Shown: in pieces, positions 44,003-54,162 of the stretch
How positions within the stretch are numbered: the first letter of the stretch is position 1
Layout: every line of letters starts with the position of its first letter
Assembly (NCBI GenBank): GCA_963823035.1
Contig: CAWGKG010000012.1
Coordinates: 352,001 to 416,000, forward strand
Length of the DNA: 64,000 nt
Reading direction: 5' to 3'
Origin: an uncultured Gemmatimonadales bacterium
GTDB lineage: Bacteria; Gemmatimonadota; Gemmatimonadetes; Longimicrobiales; Gaopeijiaceae
Translations under genes and position numbers: made by a program
Notes under the pieces: generated by a model
What the model was told of the DNA's origin: nothing
The model's input: the letters and a program-made list of their open reading frames with translations, nothing else
Database searches by the model: none

Positions 44003-45386
44003 TCACTTCCCGATGCAGAACTCGGCGAACACCGCGTCGAGCACATCCTCCACGGAGACCACGCCCAGCAGCTCCTCGAGCGCACTCTCCGCGGACCGAA
44101 GATGCGTGGACGCCATCTCCGCGGGCACACCCCCGGCGAGCGCCGCGCGGAAGGCGTCCACCTCGTCGCGAGCCGCGCGCAGCGCTCGCGCCTGACGCCG
44201 CCGGGTCAGGACGGGAGCATCCGACGCGAGCCCCACGAGGCCCGAATACACGAGACGGGGAAGGAGGCTCCGCAGCGCATCCAGGCCCGCACCGCTGACG
44301 ACGGAAACGGCCACCCCGTCGGCGTATCCCCGCGGCAGCTCCGTCGCGTTGCTGCTGGTGCCCGGCGCGGACAGGTCCGTCTTGGTGGAGACGAGCACCA
44401 CCGGCACCTCGCCGAGCTCCTCCATGAACGCCCGTTCGTCCGCCCCCGTCCCGCTTCCCGATTCGACGCACAGGAGCACGATGTCCGCGCGTCCGAGATG
44501 CCTGCGCGCCATCTCCACACCCAGGCGCTCCACGCGATCGTCGCTGTCCCGCAGGCCGGCCGTATCCACCAGGCGGAATGGGTACCCACCGAGCTGCACG
44601 CTCGCCTCCACGGCGTCGCGCGTGGTCCCGGGGATCTCCGTCACGATCGCGCGCTCTTCCCCGAGCAGGGCGTTGAAGAGCGACGACTTGCCCACGTTCG
44701 GCCGGCCGGCGAGGACGGCCACGGCGCCCTCCCGCAGCAGCTCTCCCTCTGGAGCCGTGGCGAGGAGGGCGTCCATGCGGGCCGTGACCGCTCCGGCGCC
44801 TTCCACGATCACCGCCACCGGGACCGGCGCATCGTCCTCCTCCGGAAAGTCGAGATGGTGGGCGAGGAGCGCGTCGAGCCGGATCAGCTCTCTCCTGAGC
44901 TCCGACACCCGACCGGACAGCCCGCGCTCGAGGTGCGTGAGCGCGGCGCGGTGCGCTGCCGCGCTCCGCGCCGCCGTCAGGTCGGCGACGGCCTCCGCCT
45001 GGACCAGGTCGAGCTTGCCGTTCAGGTACGCGCGACGGGTGAACTCACCCGGCTCGGCCGGGCGCGCTCCGGCCTGCACACAGGCATCGAGCACGAGCGC
45101 GGGGACGAGCAGGCCGCCATGACACGTGATCTCGACGGCGTCCTCGCCGGTGAAGCTCGCCGGCGCCTCGTAGACGGTCACCACCGCCTGGTCCAGGGGC
45201 TCCCCGTCGATGGGATCGCGCAGCTCGAGCAGCGTCGCCAGGCGCGGTGCGGGCAGCGCCTCGAGTCCGGGCGCGAGGGCACGAAGAACCTCGTGGGACC
45301 GCGGCGCCGGAAAGGCGCACCAGCGCCAGAGCGCCGACGCCGGGGGCCGTGGCCACCGCGGCGATCGTGTCGACCTCGACGCTCAT
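44003..45386 (-). CDS. mnmE: tRNA modification GTPase MnmE/TrmE (frameshift near 45290)
   Basis: DTIAAVAT, SFTGED, GEFTRRAYLNGKLDL, GRPNVGKSS, GTTRD, DTAG, FCIGK. Confidence 0.96.
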
Positions 45387-45405
45387 CCGCGCCGCGGCCG
45401 GGCGG

Positions 45406-47119
45406 TCATCCCTTGCTGGTCGGTGGTCCGGCCGCCTGCACCTTCTTCCGCTCGTTCGCGATCCAGATCTGCTGCGGGATCGTCGCGATGTTCGCCGTCG
45501 CGTAGTAGAGGTTCAGACCGCTCGCCAGCTTGAAGAAGATGAAGAGCATCATGATCGGCATGAAGTACATCATCACCTTCATCTGCCCGCTCTGTTGCTG
45601 CGGCAGCGAGCGCATCGTCACCCACTGCATCAGGAACATCGACAGGGCCATGAAGATCGGCAGGATGAAGAGCGGATCCGGCGCGGAGAGGTCAGGCAGC
45701 CAGAGGAACGGCACGCCGCGCAGCTCGATCGTGTTCTGGAAGACGAAGAAGAGCGCGATCAGGACGGGCCAGGGCAGGAGCATCGGCAAACAGCCGCCCA
45801 GCGGATTGAAGCCGTGCTCCTTGTACAGCTTCATCATCTCCTTCTGGAGCTTCTCCGGGTTGTCCTTGTACTTGGCCTGGATCTCCTGGACCAGCGGCTG
45901 CACGGCCATGTTCTTCAGCTGCGAGCGCATGGCCTTCTGGTTGAGCGGCCACAGCACCACGCGCATCAGCACGCCGAAGAGGATGAGCACCCACCCGTAC
46001 CCCAGGCGGAGCTGGCCGTGCAGGAAGGACAGGATCGCGACCACGATCGACACGAACGGCCGCACCACGGGGCGGAAGAACTTCCACCCGTACGGGTTCA
46101 CCTCCTGCATGTCCTCGCCGAGCGACGAGAGCCGGGCGTATTCCTGCGGACCCATGAAGAGGCGGTAGCCGAAGGTGCCGTTCGCATGGACGGTCTGTGT
46201 CACGGCCATGCGGACCCGATCCGGGAGCGGGCTCTCCGTCACGATCAAGCCGCCGAGATAGTCCGGCTCGGCCCCCTCCGCCGCCTCGCTCTCACCGGCC
46301 ATGAGGGCCGCGACGAAGAACTTGCTCTTGAAGGCAGCCCAGAGCAGCGGGCCGTTGACCACCGTGGGCTTCGCCCGGCTGAGCGCGGTCGAGCTGATGC
46401 CGTCCTGCTCGTGGTTCTCCACGTAGGCCATGGCGCGCGCCTCACCCGCGGAGTCCGCTTCGGCGAACGCGAGCCCCTGACCCAGGTCGGTGATCAGGAG
46501 GGAGCGGTCGATCCCCGTCACGCGTCCACGAACCACCACCTGGTACGACTCGGGCCGGAACTCGTAGTCGAGCTCGAATCGGAAGGGAGACGCCGGTGGC
46601 TGGTACACGAACGTCAGCGTGCGCGACCCGCCGCCCTCGGAGAGCGTGACGCCCCCGGCCGGCTCGATCTCGAACGGGCGCCCGGGTCAGGTCCACGGTG
46701 TCCGACCCGACCAGCAGCTTCTGGCCCAGCCAGCCGGACGACTCGGCGGGGATGAGGTCCACCACGCCGCCCTGGTTCAGCGCCTGGAACTGCGGGAGCT
46801 CCGCCGCCACGAGACGAGCCCCGATGTTGCTGAACGTGTACCGATAGAGCGGACCCTCGACGGAGACCGTGGTCTCTTCGACCTCGGCGGGCGCGAGCGG
46901 AGTGACCCGACCCTCCTCCGCGGCCGGCTGTCCGGCGGTCGAGGGCGGAAGGACCGGGGCCCGCGGCCCCGACGAGTCCTCCACCACGGCCGCGGCCGCC
47001 ATGCTGTCGGCCGGCATCACGCCCTCGTCGGGGCGCACGGGTGGGAAGAGGAGGTTGGTCCCCACCAGGACCAGCAGCATCAGGGCGATGGCGAGGAGAA
47101 AGCGCACTTCAGTCTTCAT
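45406..47119 (-). CDS. yidC: Membrane protein insertase YidC (frameshift near 46680)
   Basis: N-terminal [48 protein letters not shown]. Confidence 0.95.
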
Positions 47120-47438
47120 GGATCGCTCGACGTGGGGCGGCCGAAGCCGCGCCTCGCGGTCTGTTCAGTCGGGAATCGGGTGCGCCGCCGGCCGCGGCCG
47201 GAACGCCGTGCCGGTGTGTGTGTGGCTCGGGCACCGGATCGTAACCGTGGCCACCCCAGGGGTGGCAGCGGAGGAGGCGTCGGAGGGCGAGCCAACTCCC
47301 GCGACCCGCCCCGTGTCGCTCGACCGCCTCGAGGGCGTAGGCCGAACAGGTGGGGGTGTATCGGCAGGAGGGAGGCGTGAAGGGCGAGATCGCTGACCTG
47401 TACAGCCGGATCAAGCCCATGAGCAAGGACCTCAACAC
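47109..47438 (-). CDS. yidD: Membrane protein insertion efficiency factor YidD
   Basis: YRSAISP...[15 protein letters not shown]...[17 protein letters not shown]. Confidence 0.93.
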   Translation of the reverse strand: MLRSLLMGLIRLYRSAISPFTPPSCRYTPTCSAYALEAVERHGAGRGSWLALRRLLRCHPWGGHGYDPVPEPHTHRHGVPAAAGGAPDSRLNRPRGAASAAPRRAIHED

Positions 47439-47983
47439 ATCCCCTCCACCGCTTCACTCACCTCCCTGGCCAGCGCGTCGAATCCCAGCTCGTAGGCACC
47501 ACGGCGCGCCCTGACGAGCACGTCGAGCCGGGTACCGCCGGCCGCGAGCGCGGGAAGCACCCGCCGCCTGCCGACCTCTCGCAGCCTTCTCTTCAGCAGG
47601 TTCCTCTCCACGATGTTCCGCCCGTGCTTCGGCACGATCAGCCCGAGCCTGGAAAAAGAAACGGGGGAAGGCGCGAAGAAGACATCCAGATGCGTCGTCC
47701 TCTTCCGCTTCCCCCGCTCGAGGAGTGCGCGGATCTCCCGGGTCCGTCGGATGCGAGCGGCCCTGGGGAGGCGCTCCCCTGTTCCGGGCTCGCCGTCGCC
47801 CGAGCGATGGGGGTCTACTTGCTGCCCACCTTCACCGAGAGACGCGCACGACCCTTCCTGCGGCGACGCGACAGCGTCGCGCGACCGCCCCGGGTCTTCA
47901 TCCGTGCACGGAACCCGTGCTTGTTGACGCGCTTGCGGTTGCGCGGGTGGTACGTCGGCTTCATTCGGGGCTGCCCGATGCAT
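47432..47983 (-). CDS. rnpA: Ribonuclease P protein; start uncertain (nearest upstream in-frame ATG lies before rpmH)
   Basis: Core [13 protein letters not shown]...RLGLIVPK...[12 protein letters not shown]...DVLVRAR. The frame is open from ATG 47983, and no ATG/GTG/TTG occurs between the rpmH stop and the core. Confidence 0.85.
   Translation of the reverse strand: MHRAAPNEADVPPAQPQARQQARVPCTDEDPGRSRDAVASPQEGSCASLGEGGQQVDPHRSGDGEPGTGERLPRAARIRRTREIRALLERGKRKRTTHLDVFFAPSPVSFSRLGLIVPKHGRNIVERNLLKRRLREVGRRRVLPALAAGGTRLDVLVRARRGAYELGFDALAREVSEAVEGMC
47815..47964 (-). CDS. rpmH: 50S ribosomal protein L34
   Basis: Manual translation [49 protein letters not shown] (49 aa); not in the ORF track. 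Confidence 0.97.
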   Translation of the reverse strand: MKPTYHPRNRKRVNKHGFRARMKTRGGRATLSRRRRKGRARLSVKVGSK

Positions 47984-48013
47984 GGGAATTCGTCGTCTCG
48001 AAACTAGCTTGGA

Positions 48014-48043
48014 AAGATAGCGCCGTTCCCCGAAAAGCGTCAA
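48014..48043 (-). promoter_or_regulatory. Putative rpmH/rnpA promoter
   Basis: Minus strand TTGACG (48043-48038), 18 nt spacer, TATCTT (48019-48014). Confidence 0.5.
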
Positions 48044-48061
48044 CTTCGGGGTCTCCGAGGC

Positions 48062-48129
48062 TGTGGAAAGCCGCGGAACATCTGTGTCCCACAAGCCGAA
48101 TTGACTTTTCCACATCGCTTCTCTAGCTT
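48062..48129 (+). promoter_or_regulatory. dnaA promoter with overlapping DnaA boxes (autoregulation)
   Basis: TTGACT (48101-48106), 17 nt spacer, TAGCTT (48124-48129). The DnaA box TTTTCCACA (48106-48114) overlaps it; further degenerate boxes lie at 48062 and 48085. Confidence 0.7.
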
Positions 48130-48271
48130 CGGCGCCCCTCGCCTGGGGACGGGGGTTCCTTCGCCGCACCGCCCTCACCGCTCTCCCTTCGAGAATGTCG
48201 GCCAGCCCCACCCACCGCACCCGCCTCGCGCCCCCTCCCTCACCGGCGACGGCCACCCCTACGAGGACTCC

Positions 48272-49663
48272 GTGGAGCTGACCGCGCCGGAGCTCTGGGC
48301 CCGTATCCAGGAGGTCGTGCGCGCCTCGGTTCCGGAGCAAGGCTACCGCACCTGGCTGGCGGGCACCCGCGCCGTCGGTCTCTCGGGCGACGAGTTGGTG
48401 GTGGAGGCGCCGAGTCCCTTCCACGTCGAGTGGATCGAAGACAAGTACGGTCCGATCCTCGCCTCCGCATGCCAACGCGTGCTCGGTCGTCCGCTCGGGG
48501 TGTCGATCATCTGCGCGCCCGAGCTCTCCCCCATCCCGGTGCCGGCGCTCGAGCTCCCCTCGCCCGAGGAGAGGAGGGCACGCCTGCGGGCGGCCCAGCC
48601 GGGCGCCGCGCCGGTGGCGCGCCCGCGCCTGAACGAGCGCTACACCTTCGGGCGCTTCGTCGTGGGAACCAACAACCAGCTGGCGGTCGCCGCGTGCCGG
48701 GCCGTCGCCGAGAAGCCGGCGAGGATGTACAACCCGCTCTTCCTCTACGGAGGCGTGGGCCTCGGAAAGACGCACCTCATGCACGCGATCGGTCATCATC
48801 TGGTCGAGGGGGATCCGGGGCACCGCATCGCGTACGTCTCCTCGGAGGAGTTCACCAACGACATGGTGGGGTCCATCCAGCAGGGCACCATGGCGGCGTT
48901 CCGGCGCCGATACCGTGAGATGGACCTGCTGCTGGTCGACGACATCCACTTCCTCGAGGGGAAGGAGGGCACGCAGGAGGAGTTCTTCCACACCTTCAAT
49001 GCCCTGTACGACGCCCAGCGTCAGATCGTTCTCACGAGCGATCGCCCACCGAAGGAGATTCCGGGCCTCGAGGAGCGCCTGATCTCCCGCTTCGAGTGGG
49101 GCCTCGTGGTCGATATCAAGGCGCCCGACTACGAGACGCGCATGGCGATCCTGCGCAAGAAGGCGGCGGACGACGGGCTGATCATCGACGACGAGGTGAT
49201 CGAGCTCATCGCGCACTCCTGCACCGCGTCGGTTCGCGAGCTGGAAGGAGCCGTGATCAAACTCCTCGCCTACTCCTCGCTCACGCACCAGGAGATCACC
49301 CCGAGCCTCGCCCGTACGGCGCTGAACAGCGTCCTGAGCCGATACCGGGACGAGGCGCCCGTGCTCTCCCCCGAACGGATCCAGGATCTGGTCGCGCGCC
49401 GCTGGCGCGTGAAGCCCGAGGCGCTCGCGTCCAAGCGCCGCACCAAGGACCTCACCGTTCCGCGCCAGGTGGCGATGTTCCTCATCAAGGAGACCCTCGG
49501 GACCTCCCTCGTCCGGATCGGCGAGATGTTCGGCGGACGCGACCATTCCACGGTCATCCACTCGATCCGCAAGGTCGAAGAGGAGATGGCGCGCGACCCG
49601 GACTTCCGGAAGCGCGTGGACGAGGCCCGCGAAGAGGTGCGGGCGGGATCGTCGCGAACCTGA
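48272..49663 (+). CDS. dnaA: Chromosomal replication initiator DnaA
   Basis: YTFGRFVVG, YNPLFLYGGVGLGKTHLM, LLVDDIHF, TQEEFFHTFN, RELEGA, FGGRDHSTV. Confidence 0.98.
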   Translation: MELTAPELWARIQEVVRASVPEQGYRTWLAGTRAVGLSGDELVVEAPSPFHVEWIEDKYGPILASACQRVLGRPLGVSIICAPELSPIPVPALELPSPEERRARLRAAQPGAAPVARPRLNERYTFGRFVVGTNNQLAVAACRAVAEKPARMYNPLFLYGGVGLGKTHLMHAIGHHLVEGDPGHRIAYVSSEEFTNDMVGSIQQGTMAAFRRRYREMDLLLVDDIHFLEGKEGTQEEFFHTFNALYDAQRQIVLTSDRPPKEIPGLEERLISRFEWGLVVDIKAPDYETRMAILRKKAADDGLIIDDEVIELIAHSCTASVRELEGAVIKLLAYSSLTHQEITPSLARTALNSVLSRYRDEAPVLSPERIQDLVARRWRVKPEALASKRRTKDLTVPRQVAMFLIKETLGTSLVRIGEMFGGRDHSTVIHSIRKVEEEMARDPDFRKRVDEAREEVRAGSSRT

Positions 49664-49978
49664 CGCGGCTTCGCATTCGGCGCGTTACGAACCGGTGGAC
49701 AACCCTGGGGATAACCGGGGAGTTCTCCACGTCGCGGCGCACGCCCCACCGGACGGGGTTGAAATCATCCAGGTTGTCGACGGATCTTCCACACCCGTGC
49801 AGGGCCCCGGAAGAGCGCTCCGGAGAGGGCTCGGCGGGGTGTTGAGGAGGGTATCGTCCACACATCCACACCCTCTACTACTGCTATGTTTTTCTTACCT
49901 CTAGAGATATAGGTTCCAGCTGTCGTTGAAAAACGCGCCGCTCATCGCTCGGGAACCGCGTCAGGAGCTTCCAGGTCC
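49664..49978. other. oriC: Replication origin oriC (dnaA-dnaN intergenic)
   Basis: Degenerate DnaA boxes (49694, 49706, 49723, 49785), tandem overlapping boxes 49854-49870, then CTA-CTA-CTG-CTA trios (49875-49886) and an AT-rich tract to about 49912. Confidence 0.85.
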
Positions 49979-51091
49979 ATGAAATTCACGATCACCAGAC
50001 AGAACCTCCACAACGGTCTCGCAGCCGTCTCGGCCAGCATCCCGTCGAAGACGACGCTGCCGGTGCTGTCCAATATCCTCTTCGAGGCCCGCGAGGACGG
50101 CGTCTGGATGAGCGGTACGGACCTGGACGTCGCGGTGCGCGTCCGTGTTCCTGCCGACGTCTCGGAGGCGGGGAGCCTGACGGCGCCGGGGAAGAAGCTC
50201 CAGGAGATCACCAGGGAGCTTCCCGACCAACCCGTCGAGGTCGCCACCCGCGGTGATCAGATCGAGCTGAAGTGCGGGCGTAGCCTCTTCAAGTTCAACG
50301 GCCTCCCGGCCGACGAGTTTCCGTCCCTCGCGGAGATCGCGTTCGACGACGGCTGGACGGTTCGCGGCAAGGATCTCCACGACCTCATCCACCACACCTC
50401 GTTCGCCGTTTCGACCGAGGAGAGCCGGCCGATCCTCAACGGCGTGCTCTGGGAGCTTCGGGACGGTCAGATGCGCATGGTGGCGACGAACGGCCACCGT
50501 CTCGCGCGCATGGGCATTCCCGCGACGTCCTCCGGCGTTCCGTCCGCGGACTTCATCGTCCCTCCGGCCGCGCTCCAGCACGTCCAGCGGCTCTTCCGCT
50601 CCGAGGACGAGCTGCGCGTCGCGCGCAGCGGCAACCACCTCGGCTTCCAGGCCGAGTCCACCGAGGTCTTCACGCGCCTGATCGAGGGGACGTATCCCAA
50701 CTACGACCAGGTCATCCCGCGCGACAACGACAAGATCGCGACGGTGCAGAAGAAGGCGCTGGAGTCGGCGGTGCGTCGGATGGCGGTGGTCGCCTCGGAC
50801 CAGACGCACAGGATCCGGCTGCACCTGGAGAACGACCGGGTGCACCTGAACGTGCTGACCCCCGACCTGGGCGAGGGACACGACGAGCTCGAGGTCGGCT
50901 ACGGAGGCGAGGAGCTGGAGATCGGCTTCAACGCGAACTACCTCCTCGAGGTGCTCCGCTACATGCCGACCGACGAGGTGAAGATCGCGTTCAAGGCGCC
51001 GGAGCGTGCAGCCACGGTCGAGCCGGTGCCGGACGGTGACGAGCCGATCGACTACCTCTGCCTGGTGATGCCGCTCCGCCTCCTGGACTGA
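49979..51091 (+). CDS. dnaN: DNA polymerase III beta sliding clamp
   Basis: TLPVLSNIL, GTDLD, SRPILNG, ATNGHRL, RLIEGTYPNY, IGFNANYL, LVMPLR. Confidence 0.98.
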   Translation: MKFTITRQNLHNGLAAVSASIPSKTTLPVLSNILFEAREDGVWMSGTDLDVAVRVRVPADVSEAGSLTAPGKKLQEITRELPDQPVEVATRGDQIELKCGRSLFKFNGLPADEFPSLAEIAFDDGWTVRGKDLHDLIHHTSFAVSTEESRPILNGVLWELRDGQMRMVATNGHRLARMGIPATSSGVPSADFIVPPAALQHVQRLFRSEDELRVARSGNHLGFQAESTEVFTRLIEGTYPNYDQVIPRDNDKIATVQKKALESAVRRMAVVASDQTHRIRLHLENDRVHLNVLTPDLGEGHDELEVGYGGEELEIGFNANYLLEVLRYMPTDEVKIAFKAPERAATVEPVPDGDEPIDYLCLVMPLRLLD

Positions 51092-51140
51092 GCGCGGCGC
51101 ATCGGGCGCCGGAAGGCCGTTGAAGAAGGGGAGTGCCCGC

Positions 51141-51708
51141 CTAGGAGGCGCGTTCGCGTGCGGCGGCGAGGAGCTCCGGGCCACTGAACGCCGACAGGAG
51201 GGGTAGTCCCTCGGCGCCGATGCGCTCGGCCCCTCCCTCCTGCCGATCGACGAGCGTGAACACCGCGACCACGACGGCGCCGGCCTCGCGCAGAGCCGCC
51301 ACGGCGGTGGCCGCGCTCGACCCCGTGGTCATCGAGTCCTCGATCACGAGACAGCGTGCGCCGTGCGGGCAGACCGCCCTCGACACGCTGGCCTGTTCCG
51401 TGTTCCTTCGCTTTCTTTCGGACGGAGAACGCGTCGAGGGGCCGACCCTCCAGCCAGCTCCTGTGTGCGAGGGCATAGGCGACGGGGTCGGCACCCATGG
51501 TCAGCCCACCCACGTGGGTCACGTCGAGACCACTTTCGCCCAGAAGGGTGTATGCGACGTGTCCCACCAGGAACTGACCTTCGGCACACATGGTGGTGCG
51601 ACGGGCGTCGACGTAGTACGAAGAGCGGGCGCCGCTGGCCAGCGTGAAGTCGCCCACGCGCACCGAGCGCTCCACGAGGAGCTCCTTGAGTCGTTCACGA
51701 TGATCCAT
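51141..51708 (-). CDS. pyrE: Orotate phosphoribosyltransferase (frameshift near 51370-51420)
   Basis: GDFTLASGARSSYYVDAR, MGADP, VRKKAKEHGTG, VIEDSMTTGSS, LVDRQEG. Confidence 0.93.
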
Positions 51709-51711
51709 GGC

Positions 51712-52701
51712 GTGACAACCTACGGGCGTCGCCGCGGCCGCGCAGCGGTTGCGACGGCCGTGTCGCTCGTCGCCATCCTCGCGGCCGCATGCGGCGAGGA
51801 CACTCCGATCCCGCCGGACGCGCTCCGCTTCGGCCAGATCGGCAAGATCATCGTGGACATGGAGACGCCGCTGCAGTTCGGTGACGGGCAGCTCCGCCAG
51901 ATCCTGTCGTGGGGATCGGGCGGCCTCTGGTCCCTCCAGGAGTCGATCTCCTATCGGGATCTGATCGGCGACGAGTACTTCCAGCGGCACGCGAGCGACC
52001 TGGCGCAGTCGGCGGGCGCGTACGCCGAGGTCATCACACAGCTCAACGACACGCGTGGCGTCGAGCTGGACATCCCGGAGCTTTCACAGGACCTCGACGA
52101 GCCGTGCGGGCCCGGACGGACGCGCGTCACCTTCACGATCCAGGACGAGGCCAAGGACGACGCGCGCTCGTGGATCCGTTGCGTGAGCGGGTCGCTCGGC
52201 ACCGTGAAGACGGAGGACGCCGGACCGGATGCGGCGGCGTCCAGGATCGCCCAGGCGGTGCGCATCGTGCGCAACGGCACCCTCGGGGAGCGCTGGAACT
52301 CCCTCTACGCGGGGAGCGTGGCGTTCGGCACGCTCGACCGCGGCGAGGACTCGCACTCGTCGCTCGTCGAGCCCACCACGATCACGGACCCGGCGACGTG
52401 GGGCTCCTTCTGGATCTCCCACTCGGATATCCTGCCCGTGCCCTCGGTGGAGTTCGACACGGACATGGTGGTGGTGGGGATCCTCGGCCCGAAGCAGGAG
52501 GCCGGCGATTCCGTGGAGGTCCGCCGCATCCTGCAGGTGGACAACGGCACACAGATCGAGATCGTGGAGCTGGTTCCCGGCGACTTCTGTTCGCCGGCGG
52601 CACGCACGCACGTGCCCTTCCACATCGTGGTGGCGCCTCGGACCCCTCGGCCACACCGCTTCTCCGCGGTGGGCCGCGAAGAAGTCCCCTGCGGCGGCTG
52701 A
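51712..52701 (+). CDS. Hypothetical lipoprotein with PrcB-like C-terminal region (start approximate)
   Basis: Lipobox LAAAC after a hydrophobic stretch; C-terminal W...P.VEFDTDMVVVGILG...G.SVEV...P..C......PFHIVVAP resembles the PrcB C-terminal domain. Confidence 0.6.
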   Translation: MTTYGRRRGRAAVATAVSLVAILAAACGEDTPIPPDALRFGQIGKIIVDMETPLQFGDGQLRQILSWGSGGLWSLQESISYRDLIGDEYFQRHASDLAQSAGAYAEVITQLNDTRGVELDIPELSQDLDEPCGPGRTRVTFTIQDEAKDDARSWIRCVSGSLGTVKTEDAGPDAAASRIAQAVRIVRNGTLGERWNSLYAGSVAFGTLDRGEDSHSSLVEPTTITDPATWGSFWISHSDILPVPSVEFDTDMVVVGILGPKQEAGDSVEVRRILQVDNGTQIEIVELVPGDFCSPAARTHVPFHIVVAPRTPRPHRFSAVGREEVPCGG

Positions 52702-52713
52702 GCGCACGCGTAC

Positions 52714-54147
52714 ATGTCGATCCGACGTCTCTTCGTGATGGTGCTCGTCACCTTCGCGGTCCTCCTGTCGGTGGCTGTGGCATGGCTCTCCTGGAACGAG
52801 GCGAGCGGGGCGGTCGAGGCGCAGCTCGACGAGCGCGCCACCGTCGTGGCGGGTGCGGCCGTGGAGGTCGGCCTGCAGTCCTCGCTCGTGGTGGGGCTGG
52901 AGCCCGGCTACGAGGACTCGGATGGCGTGGAAGGGCTACCACGCGCGGCTCCGGCACCTCCTGCGCTACGTCGACGAGGCGTACCTGGTCGCCCCCGACA
53001 ACACCGCTTTGGTCAGCTCCTTCGCGGCGGACTCCGTGCCCATCGGGATGCCGCTCCACGTCCTCGACCAGTTCGAGCCGGAGCTCGACTCCGCGCGCAC
53101 CCGGGGAACGGCGACCACGCGCGCCTTCCCGGGCACGGACGGCCGGCTGTACAAGTGGGGCTTCGCCGAGCTGGACGACTCGGGGATCCTCCTGGCCGTC
53201 CTCATGAAGGCGGACTACCTGGAGCCGCTCGCGCGCCTGCGCAAGCAACCTGATCTACGGCTCGGCCGTCGCCGCCGTGCTCGCAGCGCATCCTCGCGGC
53301 GCTGCTCGCGACGCGCATCGTCGAGCCCCTCGAGCGCCTGAGCCGGGTGGCCCTGCGCATCCAGCGAGGGCGCATGGACGAGCCGGTGGCCACGGAGCGC
53401 GGGCAGGAGATGGGCCGGCTGTCCCGTGCCATGGAGCGCATGCGCAGGGGGATCCAGGAGCGCGACGAGCAGCTCCGCCTCATGCTCGCGCAGGTCGCGC
53501 ACGAGATCCGGAACCCGCTGGGTGGGTTGGAGCTGTTCGCGTCCGCTGCCTCCGAGACCGAGGACGCCGCCGAGCGAGACAGGCTGATCCAGCGGGTGCG
53601 GACGGAGGTGTCGGGTCTCAACGGGATCATCGACGACTTCCTGACGTTCGCCCGGCCGCTGGCCCCGTCTCGCGGGCCGACGGACCTGCGCGAGCCGCTG
53701 CGCGAGGCGGTGGAGCTGGCGCGCGCCGAGGTCGACCGGAGGGGTGGCGACGCTCGAGCGTGGAGCTGCCCGACGAGCCGCTCGTCGCGAGCGTCGGCGC
53801 CGACCACGTGAAGCGGGCGGCACTGAACCTGCTTCGCAACGCAGCGCAAGTCGCGGAGCGGATCCGCCTGCGCGCATGGTCGCACGGCGGCGAGGTGGTG
53901 ATCTCGGTCTCGGACGACGGGCCGGGCGTACCGCCCGACCTGCGCGAGCGCATCTTCGACCCGTTCGTCACCGACAAGGAGCAGGGGGCGGGCCTCGGCC
54001 TGGCGATCGTGACGGAAGGTCGCGGAGGCCCACGGGGGGCGGGTCCAGCTCGTCCCCACCGAGGAAACAGATGGTGGGAGGGGTACGGAGTTCCGCATAT
54101 ATTTCGTGAGCCTCGAGAACCCGCCCGCGCTGCGCGTCGGCAGCTGA
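52714..54147 (+). CDS. HAMP-containing sensor histidine kinase (several frameshifts)
   Basis: Two TM segments, HAMP (EMGRLSRAMERM), H-box AQVAHEIRNPL, N-box NLLRNAA, SDDGPGV, FDPFVT, GAGLGL. Confidence 0.9.
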
Positions 54148-54162
54148 GTTCAGCGACGTCCC

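Noticed and set aside
47984..49561. 709-aa ORF 47432..49561 as a giant RnpA fusion
   Set aside because: The part upstream of 47983 is antisense to dnaA and lies upstream of the predicted rpmH promoter, so it is a shadow frame.
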